Assembly: GCA_000146045.2 (NCBI GenBank)
Contig: BK006949.2
Span: 512,001-576,000, forward strand
DNA from: TPA_inf: Saccharomyces
Lineage: Eukaryota
Length of the DNA stretch: 64,000 nt
Direction of reading: 5' to 3'
Part shown: positions 1 through 15,000 of the stretch, piece by piece
Layout of the letters: each line of letters opens with the position of its first letter
Position numbering within the stretch: the first letter of the stretch is position 1
Notes under the pieces: model-generated
Seen by the model: the letters and a program-made list of their open reading frames with translations, nothing else
Told to the model about the DNA's origin: nothing
Databases searched by the model: none
Position numbers and translations under genes: made by a program

Positions 1-312
1 CAATAGATTGATATCCAAGAGAAGGTTCAATTAAGGAATTTCATTTCGTTCTAATCTTTTGTTGAAAATAAAAATTTTTACTTATATGTTAAAGCTTAAG
101 ATTCCACATAAGGTCGAAGACAATCGTCACTAATGTGTGGTTCTGCCTGCTCATCTCTAAAATATATTACTTTTTGTACAGACATCTAAATTGAGCTGGT
201 GCTTATGCTATTCTTATGATTTATTTTCAAGTGGTTTATTGAACTTTATTCCATATCCAATGATCTGAATATTTCTACTTATGTATAATAATTGTATATT
301 ATAAAAGAATAA

Positions 313-2178
313 CTATTTTAAAGCGTCGGTTAAAATCAAATGGGCAATAAATCTTCTCATCCTAATCGCATCTTTATAATCAAAATCCAATGGCGCATCT
401 GCACTTCCATAGAGAGTATTCATACAAACATATATTCCACAGTCGTAGCCATTTGGTTGCTGCGGACAATCTAAATGAATCAAATCAAAGTCTTCTCCTA
501 TTGTATGCTTACTTTCCTCCATAACATATTTTTGCAAGTCAGTCAGTATAGCGAAACTCATAGCATTTGGACCATTCGATAATGAATCTACGTAACCTAT
601 AGTTTTCTTTTTTAAATCAATTATGCCCAACGCCCAGTGGGATTGGTTCAAATTTATTGGTGTAAAGATTTTATCAAGTTTATCAATTTGTGTCTTCTTT
701 CTCTTCATCCACCTCCGGACGCCTTGATAACCCCTTTCTGATAAATTGGTATAGAAAAATGAATTAAACGCCACTGTATTAGGGGTAGATTTTTCAATGT
801 ATTTCATAAAAAACTCAATGATAGTGTCATTTAGCCATCTTCGTGGTGCCAAGGTCTTAAAATCACGTACTGTTATCTCTATATTATCTCTATTCATTAA
901 CTGAGTATTTTCTCTAGATGCCAAAGCTTTTTGTACTTGGTCATCGTCTTTTTCATTTAATTCAGGAACAAGTTTCTTCTTGGCCAATTGTTCTTTCTTT
1001 TTTTTAAGATCTTCTTGAATCTTCTTTCTTTCATTTAAAATTTCGTTATATCTTTTGAAGTCTTTCTCAAACTCTAATATAGATCTATCAAACTTCAACT
1101 TTTGATTTAAGTAATCCTTATGTTTCCTTTCCAAAGAAGATATCTTTTTTTCTTTAACAAATACTAAATCATCATCATTTTCATTTCTTGTCTGTAGTCT
1201 GTTCTTGTTGTTCTCAATTAAAATTGTTTTGATCTTTTCAGTTAAGTCGATTATAGACTTTTTTAAGCCAGTGTCTTTTTCCTTATCCATATCCATTAAT
1301 TTTAACTGTCTTTCTCTTTCTTCTTTTAATATTTTTGGAACTTTATATTCTCCGTTGAATATTTGTCGTAAATATGTTACTTCCTCAGATTGTGCTCTCG
1401 ACACCAGTTTAGTATTGTTAATGTTCTGTTTTGCAACTTTTTTCTTTCTAATAAAGGCTGTCCCATACTGTCGCCTGTCGTAGCTATTTTTCTGATCAGA
1501 AGTGTTATTTTCTGAGTTAGAACCAATAGCACTTGTTTTCCACTTATTCCAACCAAAAGGATCTCTCGAAAAAGTTATGCTATTGTCACTATCACAATTG
1601 CTTTTTTGAGAAGCCAAAGAGCTGATTGGTGAGGTTGAAGGTGTCCCCACACCTTCACTTTCGATTCTTCTCCTTTTATTTGGTAAGGCCCACGTCGACG
1701 TATCGAATTTGTGTTTTCTTGTATCCGAGGAATAATTTTCACGTAGACCATATGGTACGTCACTGCTCCTACTTCCAGAACTTCTGCTCTCAACGTCGCT
1801 GTTACCACTTGCTTCTACTTCAGAACCATCAAAATTGCGAGGTTCGTTTTTCACAAATGTGTGCCATAAGTACTTACCTGAGTTCCAAAGAGTTTCTCTT
1901 ATGCCTCCTATAAAACCAGCTTTACTAGCTCTATCTGACCCATCTTTCATTGATTCTTCCATTGATAAAACACGGCGGTCGTTTAAATAATTGAATCTTG
2001 ACGTATTGGTTCTTTTTTTATAAATACCACTAAAACTGGCTGATCTTCTAGACTCGGAGGGATTGTTCAATACCCGAGGATAACACCTATATGTAGAAAT
2101 TGGGGAGAATAAAGGGGAGTAAGGGTTCTTTTTATGATACTGTAGTGTGTTCCGGTGCTTATCTACTTCAACTGACAT
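313..2178 (-). CDS. ULP1: SUMO (Smt3) protease Ulp1. The ORF track runs to 2193, but the reference protein starts MSVEVDKHRNTL, so the start is trimmed to the internal ATG and the product is 621 aa.
   Basis: The C-terminal cysteine-protease domain shows the catalytic triad context HWALGIID ... D ... NGYDCGIYVC. The length equals the known 621 aa. The neighbours VTC3, CTF19 and SWI1 reproduce the YPL020C-YPL016W order. Confidence 0.93.
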   Translation of the reverse strand: MSVEVDKHRNTLQYHKKNPYSPLFSPISTYRCYPRVLNNPSESRRSASFSGIYKKRTNTSRFNYLNDRRVLSMEESMKDGSDRASKAGFIGGIRETLWNSGKYLWHTFVKNEPRNFDGSEVEASGNSDVESRSSGSRSSDVPYGLRENYSSDTRKHKFDTSTWALPNKRRRIESEGVGTPSTSPISSLASQKSNCDSDNSITFSRDPFGWNKWKTSAIGSNSENNTSDQKNSYDRRQYGTAFIRKKKVAKQNINNTKLVSRAQSEEVTYLRQIFNGEYKVPKILKEERERQLKLMDMDKEKDTGLKKSIIDLTEKIKTILIENNKNRLQTRNENDDDLVFVKEKKISSLERKHKDYLNQKLKFDRSILEFEKDFKRYNEILNERKKIQEDLKKKKEQLAKKKLVPELNEKDDDQVQKALASRENTQLMNRDNIEITVRDFKTLAPRRWLNDTIIEFFMKYIEKSTPNTVAFNSFFYTNLSERGYQGVRRWMKRKKTQIDKLDKIFTPINLNQSHWALGIIDLKKKTIGYVDSLSNGPNAMSFAILTDLQKYVMEESKHTIGEDFDLIHLDCPQQPNGYDCGIYVCMNTLYGSADAPLDFDYKDAIRMRRFIAHLILTDALK

Positions 2179-2510
2179 TATTATGATATCCAAAGGTCAG
2201 AGGAAGAAGAGGAAAAAAACTGAAACAGAAGTAGATATTGATGAATAATTTTAATTAGCAATATAGATTTGCGGAGCTGAAACGAACGTTTCAGCTATTT
2301 TTTGATCTGGGTTTAACTATCACACACATCTTCTCATTATGTGCATTTTGAATTTTGAAAATAAAAAGAGGCGGCGCCGGCACCTGCTGAAAGCTGTTTA
2401 ATATGATTTAATACGGAAGAGCAAATATGTATAAATAGAGAACAATTAATTAATTATGATAGTAACTGGTACTTGTGTAATATATGTGTATATAAAAAAT
2501 ATACATGTTC

Positions 2511-5075
<2,565 letters not shown>

Positions 5076-5266
5076 CTATAGTGATAATAAAAAAAGCGCT
5101 AAGGAGGTACTACTTGGATTAGATCACTCTTATGCGTATTATTACCCGCCAATGGGCCCTCTCGATATTGAGAAGATGAAGTAAGTTCGAGAAAAGATGT
5201 CTGATGTAAGCCGCTCTCTGGCCTCTATTTAAAAGTTCTTCCTGGATGAAACCCACTCGAAAGTTG

Positions 5267-5287
5267 GGTGTGTGCGTGTGTGTATGT
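5267..5287 (+). repeat. A short imperfect (TG)n dinucleotide repeat in the VTC3-CTF19 divergent intergenic region.
   Basis: The sequence reads gggtgtgtgcgtgtgtgtatg. Confidence 0.7.
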
Positions 5288-5290
5288 TTC

Positions 5291-5365
5291 CACGTTTCTG
5301 CCTTGTGCTTTCAAAATCGCATGCACGTGCTTGCGACTGCACTGTGTTGTATTAAGCCACGTGGG
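5291..5365. promoter_or_regulatory. A cluster of three Pho4-type E-boxes in the VTC3 upstream region: CACGTTT (5291-5297), CACGTG (5324-5329) and CACGTGGG (5358-5365), 270-345 bp upstream of the VTC3 ATG.
   Basis: The motifs are exact matches: CACGTGGG is the high-affinity UASp2 type and CACGTTT the PHO5 UASp1 type. VTC3 is a PHO-regulon polyphosphate gene. Cbf1 could also bind the CACGTG cores. Confidence 0.65.
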
Positions 5366-5565
5366 CCCTCGCACATTGAAAAAAAGAAAAGCTGTACAGG
5401 GAAAAATGTGCCAAGAAGTCCAAATACCAATAGCTGTGCAAGTTACTCATTAACATCCAAACCGTGAAGGTCACGGCATATATACTCTGGCGTTCTACTA
5501 TGTGGCCGGTAATGTAACCGGTAATGGTGACTATCTAATAGTTGGAGTCCGCCGAAAAATCAGAA

Positions 5566-5571
5566 ACGCGT
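5566..5571. promoter_or_regulatory. MCB (ACGCGT) 80 bp upstream of the CTF19 ATG.
   Basis: It is an exact MluI-box hexamer in a kinetochore-gene promoter. A single hexamer also occurs by chance, about 8 times per 64 kb. Confidence 0.4.
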
Positions 5572-5650
5572 AATTTAGACTTATATAAACAGCTATATAC
5601 CTTGGAGCTAGTGTGATCTTGTTGATACTAGGTCGGCAAAGAACGCAAAT

Positions 5651-6760
5651 ATGGATTTTACGTCTGATACGACGAATTCGCACGACACATCGAATTCGCA
5701 TTTAAGTCTGGAAGACGCTGTGGGTACACATCATGCTGGTGAAGCAGATGTAAACATTGATGGGGACGAGAAGCAACAACTATCGCTATTAGATGATGAT
5801 CAGGTACGCGCACTGAAGCTACAGGAGGAGAAGGATGCGCTGTTGACAAGGAGAAATACTCTTTTACAAGAGATCCAGACGTACCAAAATATCTTGATGA
5901 AGGAAAATAACAGTAAGACTAAAAATGGTGATATCCTCCAAAACGATATCACACAGGATTTTCTTAATCTAATCTCGATCTCATCCTCTAATCCTAATTC
6001 GGCGATAAGTGACCGCAAGCGGGTCGAGAGGATCAATGGGCTAACTAACTTGCAGAAGGAACTAGTAACAAAATACGACACGTTACCTTTGTTAAATATG
6101 AATCTACGGCTAAGTTATTTGAGAGACCACACATACCCGCATCTTCAAGTTTCTGTGCAATCAAGAGACAGAGTACATAACGATGGGATTGAAGTTTTGG
6201 TGGTCAATTATAAATTCTGCAGAAACACGATGAATCCTTTTGAAATTCAGTTCAAAATGTTCTATAAATTTGAAGATTCCACACTGCTGAAGTGGGAAAT
6301 CTTGCGAATTTCCACAAACGTTAGACTGAAGGCCAAGCAATTACTGGCAACACGTAACTTCCAGAAGTGTCTATTAAGCCTTTATGAGTTTGATAAGATC
6401 AAGTCCAAAAAAACTGGAATTTTCCAAAATTTGATTAATTTATTGAAAAGGAAAACCAGGTGTTATCTAATGAATAATAGTGACTCATTAATTGTGGAAA
6501 GAGTTATTAGAGAAGGAAGACTCACGACGATAAAATTGCAGATAAATTTCATCATTACAATGCCCGGTGAGAGAGGCAAACCTCGTAACTGTTTTCTGCC
6601 CATGAGTAAAATTTCAATAGCGCTATGGAAGGGGGGAGAAAGATTTAACCAGATAGATTTGGACGAGATATGCTACGGACTTATCAAGGAATATGGTGTG
6701 AAAACCGGGTTAAAGGAGATCTGCAACGTTTGCCTATTCCCGGACATGTACGCCAGGTGA
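5651..6760 (+). CDS. CTF19: Outer kinetochore COMA-complex protein Ctf19, 369 aa.
   Basis: The ORF length is exactly 369 aa. It sits between VTC3 and IRC15. A coiled-coil N-terminal half is followed by an RWD-like C-terminal half. Confidence 0.88.
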   Translation: MDFTSDTTNSHDTSNSHLSLEDAVGTHHAGEADVNIDGDEKQQLSLLDDDQVRALKLQEEKDALLTRRNTLLQEIQTYQNILMKENNSKTKNGDILQNDITQDFLNLISISSSNPNSAISDRKRVERINGLTNLQKELVTKYDTLPLLNMNLRLSYLRDHTYPHLQVSVQSRDRVHNDGIEVLVVNYKFCRNTMNPFEIQFKMFYKFEDSTLLKWEILRISTNVRLKAKQLLATRNFQKCLLSLYEFDKIKSKKTGIFQNLINLLKRKTRCYLMNNSDSLIVERVIREGRLTTIKLQINFIITMPGERGKPRNCFLPMSKISIALWKGGERFNQIDLDEICYGLIKEYGVKTGLKEICNVCLFPDMYAR

Positions 6761-8233
6761 TGTTCCATTTGCCATTGCCAACTGGACGGCTTGCTTAAAC
6801 GATTCCGATAAGCTCGGATGAGGGAACGGTACTTTACAGACATCATGGGCGGTAAGGCCAAGCGACACCGCCATCGATGCTTGCGACAGCAATTCATTTG
6901 CATCGTCGTTTATCATATGAACGCCTAGTATTTTCATGTCACGAGAATCTATCAGAACTTTAATGAAAGGAGAAACTGTAGTATTCTCTTCCCGTGGTAA
7001 TAACGTGTTATATCTAACGTTCTGTGAGAACAAAACCCTGCCTTTTTGATATGGGATGCGAGCCTTTGCCAACCCCTCCTCAGTGTATCCGACCCAGCCA
7101 ATCTGAGGCTGACAGTACAGCACATTTGGTGGGAAGCCACAATTCGAGGTTCCGTCGGAGCCTGTACAGCCTATTGATTGAATGGCCCTTATAGCTTGTT
7201 CTTCCGCTTTCAGCGCCAGCATGGGGCCCAATGTAACGTCTCCTATGGGTTTAATATGAGGGTACTTTAGCAGACTTTGGGTTTGTACGTCAACATTTTC
7301 TACAAAATCCCGTTCGTCTAGACCAATGCTGGAAATATCTAAACCTTTTAGCAGGGGACGTCTACCAATAGAAACCATCAAGACGTCGCAATGATGTACA
7401 TATGTTTTCTTTGACACCTTGTTAAGCAAGGTGATGTTCAGCTGACCGGCAGCATCGGCTTCCGCGAGCTGCACTCTAGTGTCTAAAAGAAAAGCTATAC
7501 CCTGACACTGCAAGAGGGTCTTCGTGGCAGAAGCCAACTCATTGTCCATATTTTGACAGATCTCGCTTTGAGATTCAACGATAGTAACCCGAGAGCCCAA
7601 ATTATTGAATATGCATGCGATTTCTAGTCCAATTGTACCTCCTCCCATGATAGTAAAACGTGAAGGTATATAATCCAGTGACAATGCCTTATCAGATGAA
7701 ATTATCTTGTCATTATCTATTGCAACACCAGGACACTGAATAACCGCAGATCCGGTCGCCACAACAATATATTTCGCCTCTACGATGAACGGTTTCATGC
7801 CGCGCTGCGCAATCTCAACGTGGTGAGGATCTTTGAAAGCAGCCGTGCCTTTATACACAGTAACATTATTTTTAGATAGCTCACGTTTATACACATTGCC
7901 CAACTCTTCTATATTATGTTTGAGTGCACTCTGGGCCGCCTGCATATCGAATTTTGCAGGAAACAGCCGCGTGCCACGTTGCTCGATAAGTTCTTGCTGT
8001 TGTAGCAGCCGATAAAGATAAGACTCATATAACAAGGTCTTGGACGGGACTGCCCCGTCTACAAGGTAGGCGCCCCCCAGCGAGGCACGCTGGTCAACAC
8101 ATGCTGTGAGCAGGCCTGCTTGCGAAGCCTGCATCGCTGCAGTAAAGCCACCAGGCCCGCAACCAATTACCAGGACATCGTAAACTGCCGCAAAATCCTC
8201 CATCGTGCTTAATATTTCGTCTTCACCTCCCAT
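6734..8233 (-). CDS. IRC15: Microtubule-associated protein Irc15, 499 aa, a dihydrolipoamide-dehydrogenase-like flavoprotein paralog.
   Basis: It carries an FAD-binding GxGxxG motif (VLVIGCGPGGFTAAM) and a pyridine-nucleotide-disulfide oxidoreductase fold without the redox-active CxxxxC pair. The length is 499 aa from the MGGEDE start. Its 3' end overlaps the CTF19 3' end. Confidence 0.88.
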   Translation of the reverse strand: MGGEDEILSTMEDFAAVYDVLVIGCGPGGFTAAMQASQAGLLTACVDQRASLGGAYLVDGAVPSKTLLYESYLYRLLQQQELIEQRGTRLFPAKFDMQAAQSALKHNIEELGNVYKRELSKNNVTVYKGTAAFKDPHHVEIAQRGMKPFIVEAKYIVVATGSAVIQCPGVAIDNDKIISSDKALSLDYIPSRFTIMGGGTIGLEIACIFNNLGSRVTIVESQSEICQNMDNELASATKTLLQCQGIAFLLDTRVQLAEADAAGQLNITLLNKVSKKTYVHHCDVLMVSIGRRPLLKGLDISSIGLDERDFVENVDVQTQSLLKYPHIKPIGDVTLGPMLALKAEEQAIRAIQSIGCTGSDGTSNCGFPPNVLYCQPQIGWVGYTEEGLAKARIPYQKGRVLFSQNVRYNTLLPREENTTVSPFIKVLIDSRDMKILGVHMINDDANELLSQASMAVSLGLTAHDVCKVPFPHPSLSESFKQAVQLAMANGTSPGVHVRE

Positions 8234-8952
8234 TACCAAAAATGCTCACCGTTAATTATATCATACTTCTCTTCTCCTCTCGTAAAATCGTGCGCATGTT
8301 AAATAGCCGCCGAAACAGCAGATGCATGCCTGCAGGTCTGGGTGTACCCCCTGCCTGAGTGTTCCACCCAGGCCTCGCCGGAGGAAAATGCCACCGCACT
8401 CAAGTTCGCACAGAAACTACCGCATAAATTTATTCTAACCCGGAACTGACGTTTATCGTGATATGAACTTTGGGTATCTCCGATTACGAAACGACGCCAC
8501 CCCTCCTTCCCCAAAGCACCGAGAAAAGATTTTTTTTAAAACTGAACGCTGATTGACTTTACGTATTATTACCACTATGCATTATTGTTGTTTCTGTTGT
8601 GGTTGTTGCCAGTTGTAATCATATTCACATTGCGTTTTAGTCATAACCACCTTCCGGTATTCATCATTCGTATTGAATAACAATATTTATACCGCAAAAC
8701 ACTATACGGCAAGGCAACTGATTACACTTTGTTTACCTTATTTTTTTATTATTTATTTTTCTAGAAAGTATTGTTGTGTGGCTCTATCCTTATTACACCA
8801 TCTCTGCTTTGGCATTTCGCGTTGTTTCCTCTCACGGATTGCAGATTATTGTTCACCAGGTAATAATCACTGACTGGCGGCTATTTTCCTATTACACTCA
8901 TTATTCTTAAAATTTTCTTTTTCTATCTCTATTTTCTTTCTTTTCGTGTCTT

Positions 8953-8983
<31 letters not shown>

Positions 8984-9093
8984 TAGTAATAATAAAAATA
9001 GTAATAAATAAAGATGGATTTCTTTAATTTGAATAATAATAATAATAATAATAATACTACTACTACTACTACTACTACCAATAACAATAATAC

Positions 9094-9124
<31 letters not shown>

Positions 9125-9160
9125 CCTGCTAATAATACCAATAACAACAATAGCACAGGC
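8953..9160 (+). repeat. An (AAT)n / (AAC)/(ACT) trinucleotide microsatellite block running from the SWI1 5' flank (8953-9013) into its first approximately 50 codons, encoding poly-Asn/Thr.
   Basis: Runs of AATAATAAT..., ACTACTACT... and AATAAC... are visible in the sequence. The antisense strand yields the spurious poly-Leu/poly-Tyr ORFs in the track. Confidence 0.9.
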
Positions 9161-12100
9161 CATAGTAGTAATACTAATAACAATACTAATAACAACAATA
9201 CGAATACCGGAGCCAGTGGTGTAGACGATTTTCAGAATTTTTTCGACCCAAAACCTTTTGACCAGAATTTGGATTCCAACAATAACAACAGTAATAGTAA
9301 TAACAATGATAACAATAACAGTAACACGGTAGCCTCCAGCACGAACTTTACTTCTCCAACAGCAGTCGTTAATAATGCCGCTCCTGCTAATGTTACCGGT
9401 GGAAAAGCTGCTAATTTCATTCAGAACCAGTCTCCCCAATTCAATTCTCCATATGACTCAAACAATTCCAACACAAATTTAAACAGCCTGTCTCCTCAGG
9501 CTATTTTAGCCAAGAATTCAATCATTGATTCTTCCAATTTACCTCTTCAAGCTCAACAACAGCTATATGGCGGTAACAATAATAATAATAGCACCGGAAT
9601 TGCGAACGATAATGTAATAACACCCCATTTTATCACCAATGTTCAATCCATCAGTCAAAATTCCTCATCTTCTACTCCGAACACAAACTCTAACTCTACT
9701 CCGAATGCAAATCAACAATTTTTGCCATTCAATAACAGTGCTTCCAATAATGGTAATTTGACGTCTAACCAGCTTATTTCTAATTACGCTGCTTCAAATT
9801 CAATGGACAGATCATCCTCTGCAAGCAATGAATTTGTTCCGAACACAAGTGACAACAACAACAACAGTAATAACCATAATATGCGTAATAACAGCAATAA
9901 TAAAACGAGCAATAACAATAATGTCACTGCCGTGCCTGCTGCAACTCCCGCTAATACCAATAATTCAACTTCAAACGCAAATACAGTGTTCTCTGAAAGA
10001 GCTGCAATGTTTGCCGCTTTGCAGCAAAAGCAGCAGCAACGTTTTCAGGCTCTACAGCAGCAGCAGCAGCAGCAACAAAATCAACAACAGCAAAATCAAC
10101 AACCACAACAGCAACAACAGCAACAACAGAATCCCAAATTTTTGCAGAGTCAACGGCAGCAACAACAAAGATCTATTTTACAAAGTCTGAACCCGGCATT
10201 ACAAGAGAAAATATCTACTGAATTGAATAACAAACAATATGAACTTTTTATGAAATCTTTGATTGAAAACTGTAAAAAAAGAAATATGCCGTTACAATCA
10301 ATACCAGAAATCGGCAACAGAAAAATAAATCTTTTTTATCTTTATATGTTGGTTCAAAAATTCGGTGGTGCAGATCAAGTAACAAGGACCCAACAGTGGT
10401 CTATGGTGGCCCAAAGGCTGCAAATTTCCGATTACCAACAATTAGAATCAATCTATTTTAGAATTTTATTACCTTACGAAAGACACATGATTTCCCAAGA
10501 AGGTATAAAGGAAACTCAAGCGAAAAGAATATTCTTGCAACAGTTCTTACAAGAACTATTGAAGAAAGTTCAACAACAGCAGCAGGCCGCTGCATTGGCC
10601 AATGCCAACAATAACATTAATAGTGCATCGTCAGCACCAACCCCCGCGGCTCCTGGCGCGTCCGTTCCTGCTACAGCAGCACCAGGAACAGAAGCAGGGA
10701 TCGTTCCGGTTTCAGCAAACACTCCAAAAAGCTTGAATAGCAATATTAATATCAACGTAAATAATAACAATATTGGCCAACAGCAAGTTAAGAAGCCAAG
10801 AAAGCAAAGAGTGAAAAAAAAGACCAAAAAGGAATTGGAACTAGAACGTAAAGAAAGGGAGGATTTTCAGAAACGACAACAAAAACTTTTAGAGGATCAA
10901 CAAAGGCAACAGAAATTGCTATTAGAGACAAAATTACGTCAACAATATGAAATCGAACTAAAAAAATTGCCTAAAGTCTACAAGAGATCAATTGTTAGGA
11001 ACTACAAACCCCTAATCAACCGCCTCAAGCATTACAATGGTTACGATATCAATTACATCTCTAAAATAGGAGAGAAAATAGATTCCAACAAGCCAATTTT
11101 TCTCTTCGCGCCAGAGTTAGGTGCAATTAATTTACATGCTTTATCAATGTCCCTCCAATCGAAGAATCTTGGAGAAATAAACACCGCCTTGAACACCTTG
11201 TTGGTCACAAGCGCTGACTCGAACTTAAAAATATCTCTGGTCAAATACCCTGAATTATTAGACTCCTTGGCAATACTCGGCATGAATTTACTGTCAAATT
11301 TGTCACAAAATGTTGTTCCATACCATCGAAACACTTCTGACTATTATTATGAGGATGCTGGATCAAATCAATACTATGTTACCCAACACGATAAAATGGT
11401 TGATAAAATTTTTGAAAAGGTAAACAACAACGCTACACTTACACCGAATGATTCTAACGATGAAAAAGTCACTATCCTGGTAGATTCTTTAACAGGTAAT
11501 CAATTGCCCACCCCTACTCCTACTGAAATGGAGCCTGATCTCGACACTGAATGTTTTATAAGTATGCAGTCGACATCTCCCGCAGTTAAACAGTGGGACT
11601 TATTGCCTGAACCAATAAGATTCCTCCCTAACCAATTTCCTTTGAAAATTCACAGAACTCCTTATTTGACTTCTTTGAAAAAAATCAAGGATGAAATTGA
11701 TGATCCATTTACAAAAATAAATACCAGAGGGGCAGAGGATCCCAAAGTTCTGATTAACGATCAACTGTCTACCATCTCGATGATTTTGAGGAATATTTCA
11801 TTCTCCGATAACAACTCCAGAATCATGTCGAGAAATTTTTACCTAAAGAGATTTATATCTGATCTACTTTGGTTAGTCTTAATCCATCCAGAAAACTTTA
11901 CATGCAATAGGAAAATACTAAATTTCAAGAAGGATTTGGTTATTGTTTTATCAAATATTTCTCATTTATTAGAGATCGCTTCGTCCATTGATTGCTTGTT
12001 AATTCTTATTCTAGTCATAAGTTTTGGTCAACCAAAACTCAATCCAATGGCGTCTTCGTCATCATTTGGCTCTGAATCTTTGACCTTCAACGAATTCCAG

Positions 12101-12958
12101 TTGCAATGGGGAAAATATCAAACTTTCGGTGTAGATATTTTGGCCAAATTATTTTCATTGGAAAAACCGAACCTAAATTATTTCAAATCAATCCTTCTGA
12201 ACAAAAACACAGGTAACAACCTCTATGATCGCAACAGTAACAACAACCACAAGGACAAAAAGTTGTTACGAAGACTTTTGAATTTATACAATGATAACAA
12301 TAAAAATAATAACAATAGGCACAACTTGCTAAATGATGTGGTTTCGTTTTTATTTTCTGCCATACCGCTGCAGCAAGTGTTATCGCAATCAGCTGATCCA
12401 AGTTTGCTGATCGACCAATTTTCTCCGGTAATTTCTCAGAGTCTAACTAGCATCTTAGTCATTGTACAAAAAATATTGCCGTTATCCAATGAAGTATTTG
12501 AAATCAGTGAGAATAATTCAGACAGTAACAGTAACAATAACGGCAACAAAGATTCTAGCTTCAATTTCAACAAGAATTTACCATTTGTGTGGTTGAGCTC
12601 TGAAGAAAATATTGGATCTGGACTATTGAAGTTAAGTGAGATAATATTGAATATTAACAATTCCACAAGTAAGAATACTTTGTTACAGCAACAAAATTAT
12701 TCAAAGGTGCTCCTACCGTCAATTAACATATCCTGTGTTCAGTTAATCAAATGTTTGGTTGAAAAAAGTATTTGTTTTGAAAACTGCCTAAACAACGACC
12801 CGGAAATATTAAAAAAAATAGCATCGATTCCAAATTTGTTCCCCACGGATTTAGAAATTTTCCAGTTATTCACTAATCCATCAGTTGATATTCAAATAAT
12901 AAACCAGTATCAATTACTTTACAATTTAAAAAATGATATCCTAACCAATTTGGAATGA
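9014..12958 (+). CDS. SWI1: SWI/SNF chromatin-remodelling subunit Swi1, 1314 aa. The N-terminal Asn-rich region is the [SWI+] prion-forming region, and the protein also carries a Q-rich tract and an ARID domain.
   Basis: The first approximately 320 residues have extreme N/T/S bias. A poly-Q block (QQQQQQQQNQQQQNQQPQQQQQQQQ) follows. The length equals 1314 aa exactly. The ARID-like region reads NKQYELFMKSLIENCKKRNMPLQSIPEIGNRKINLFYLYMLVQKFGG. Confidence 0.95.
10021..10170 (+). repeat. A CAG/CAA repeat block encoding the SWI1 poly-Gln tract.
   Basis: The sequence reads cagcagcagcagcagcaacaaaatcaacaacagcaaaatcaacaaccacaacagcaacaacagcaacaacag. Confidence 0.9.
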
Positions 12959-13809
12959 TGCGATTTTTTTAAACAATATTCTTTTACTGCTTATTTCTTC
13001 CTTGCGCACTATTTTCTTTTTATAAACCTATATAAAATGTTGTAACTAATATAATAGACCTTATGGAAACAATACAGTCGGAAGAGCGCCTTTAGTGCCA
13101 AAAGCCCAAATGAACGTATAGCTGCCATGAAGTCACATCTTGGGCGGCTCAACTAAACAATGGTTTTAGTAACTTCCCACTGGTCCCGTCGCGGCTACAA
13201 AAATTCCTTGAAATTGTATAAAGGAGTTTATGACTCCATTTCAGGCAGTAAATACAATTCATACACACCACACATACATTCAGAGTTAACGTTCGCTATA
13301 ATAAAACGGTAGAGAGTCAGATGTGGAGTCAGCGTGGGGGGTGGGGTAACACTCCACCTTTGAAAACGGTGTGACTTCGCCCTTTCGATGGGAGGAGGTA
13401 AAGCTCAAATAGGACAGAATCATCCAAGAAAATTTCAAGCTGCCCACAAAGTCAAGATCGCTTCAGAAGCTGTTCGGCGCAGTATTGAGATGAATTGGCT
13501 GCATTGACGGTTCGGGAACCCATTCTACTTATCTATATATTCTGAGTACTTATCCAGAAAGAGAAAAAAGTCAGCTGGCGCCGTATTTTTTATCAAACCT
13601 AATTGGCTAAAGTAGAATTGCACGTCAGAGCTTACAAATTTTTCGATATCTATAAGGGGGTGGGGGGAAAGAATATGTATGCAATGTCAAACGCGTAGGA
13701 AAGCCAAGCTCAATTACGCGTCTCTTTTATTTTTAAACTATCAAATTGCCGCGCATGCTAGATGAATAAGGAAAAAAAAAGGGGGACGGAAAACATTGCA
13801 ACCAACACA

Positions 13810-15000
<1,191 letters not shown>

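Noticed and set aside
1205-1483. Many 60-160 aa ORFs in the supplied track lie antisense to or inside ULP1, VTC3, SWI1, RRP12, RQC2, CHL1, NCR1 and others (for example 1205-1483, 3627-3866, 3916-4323, 10570-10827, 18271-18744, 24439-24852).
   Set aside because: Each lies within a long gene on the other strand or in another frame whose product I can identify. Several have low-complexity products read off simple repeats, such as poly-S from the CTT tract. None has a recognisable domain. I treat them as chance ORFs.
5246-5467. A 73-aa and a 61-aa ORF in the VTC3-CTF19 divergent promoter.
   Set aside because: They overlap the TG microsatellite and the Pho4 E-box cluster. The sequence is cysteine-rich low-complexity, and the region is better explained as promoter.
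8929-9439. Poly-Leu, poly-Tyr and poly-Ile ORFs on the minus strand of the SWI1 5' region.
   Set aside because: They are the antisense reading of the AAT/AAC microsatellite that encodes SWI1 poly-Asn. They are compositional artefacts, not genes.
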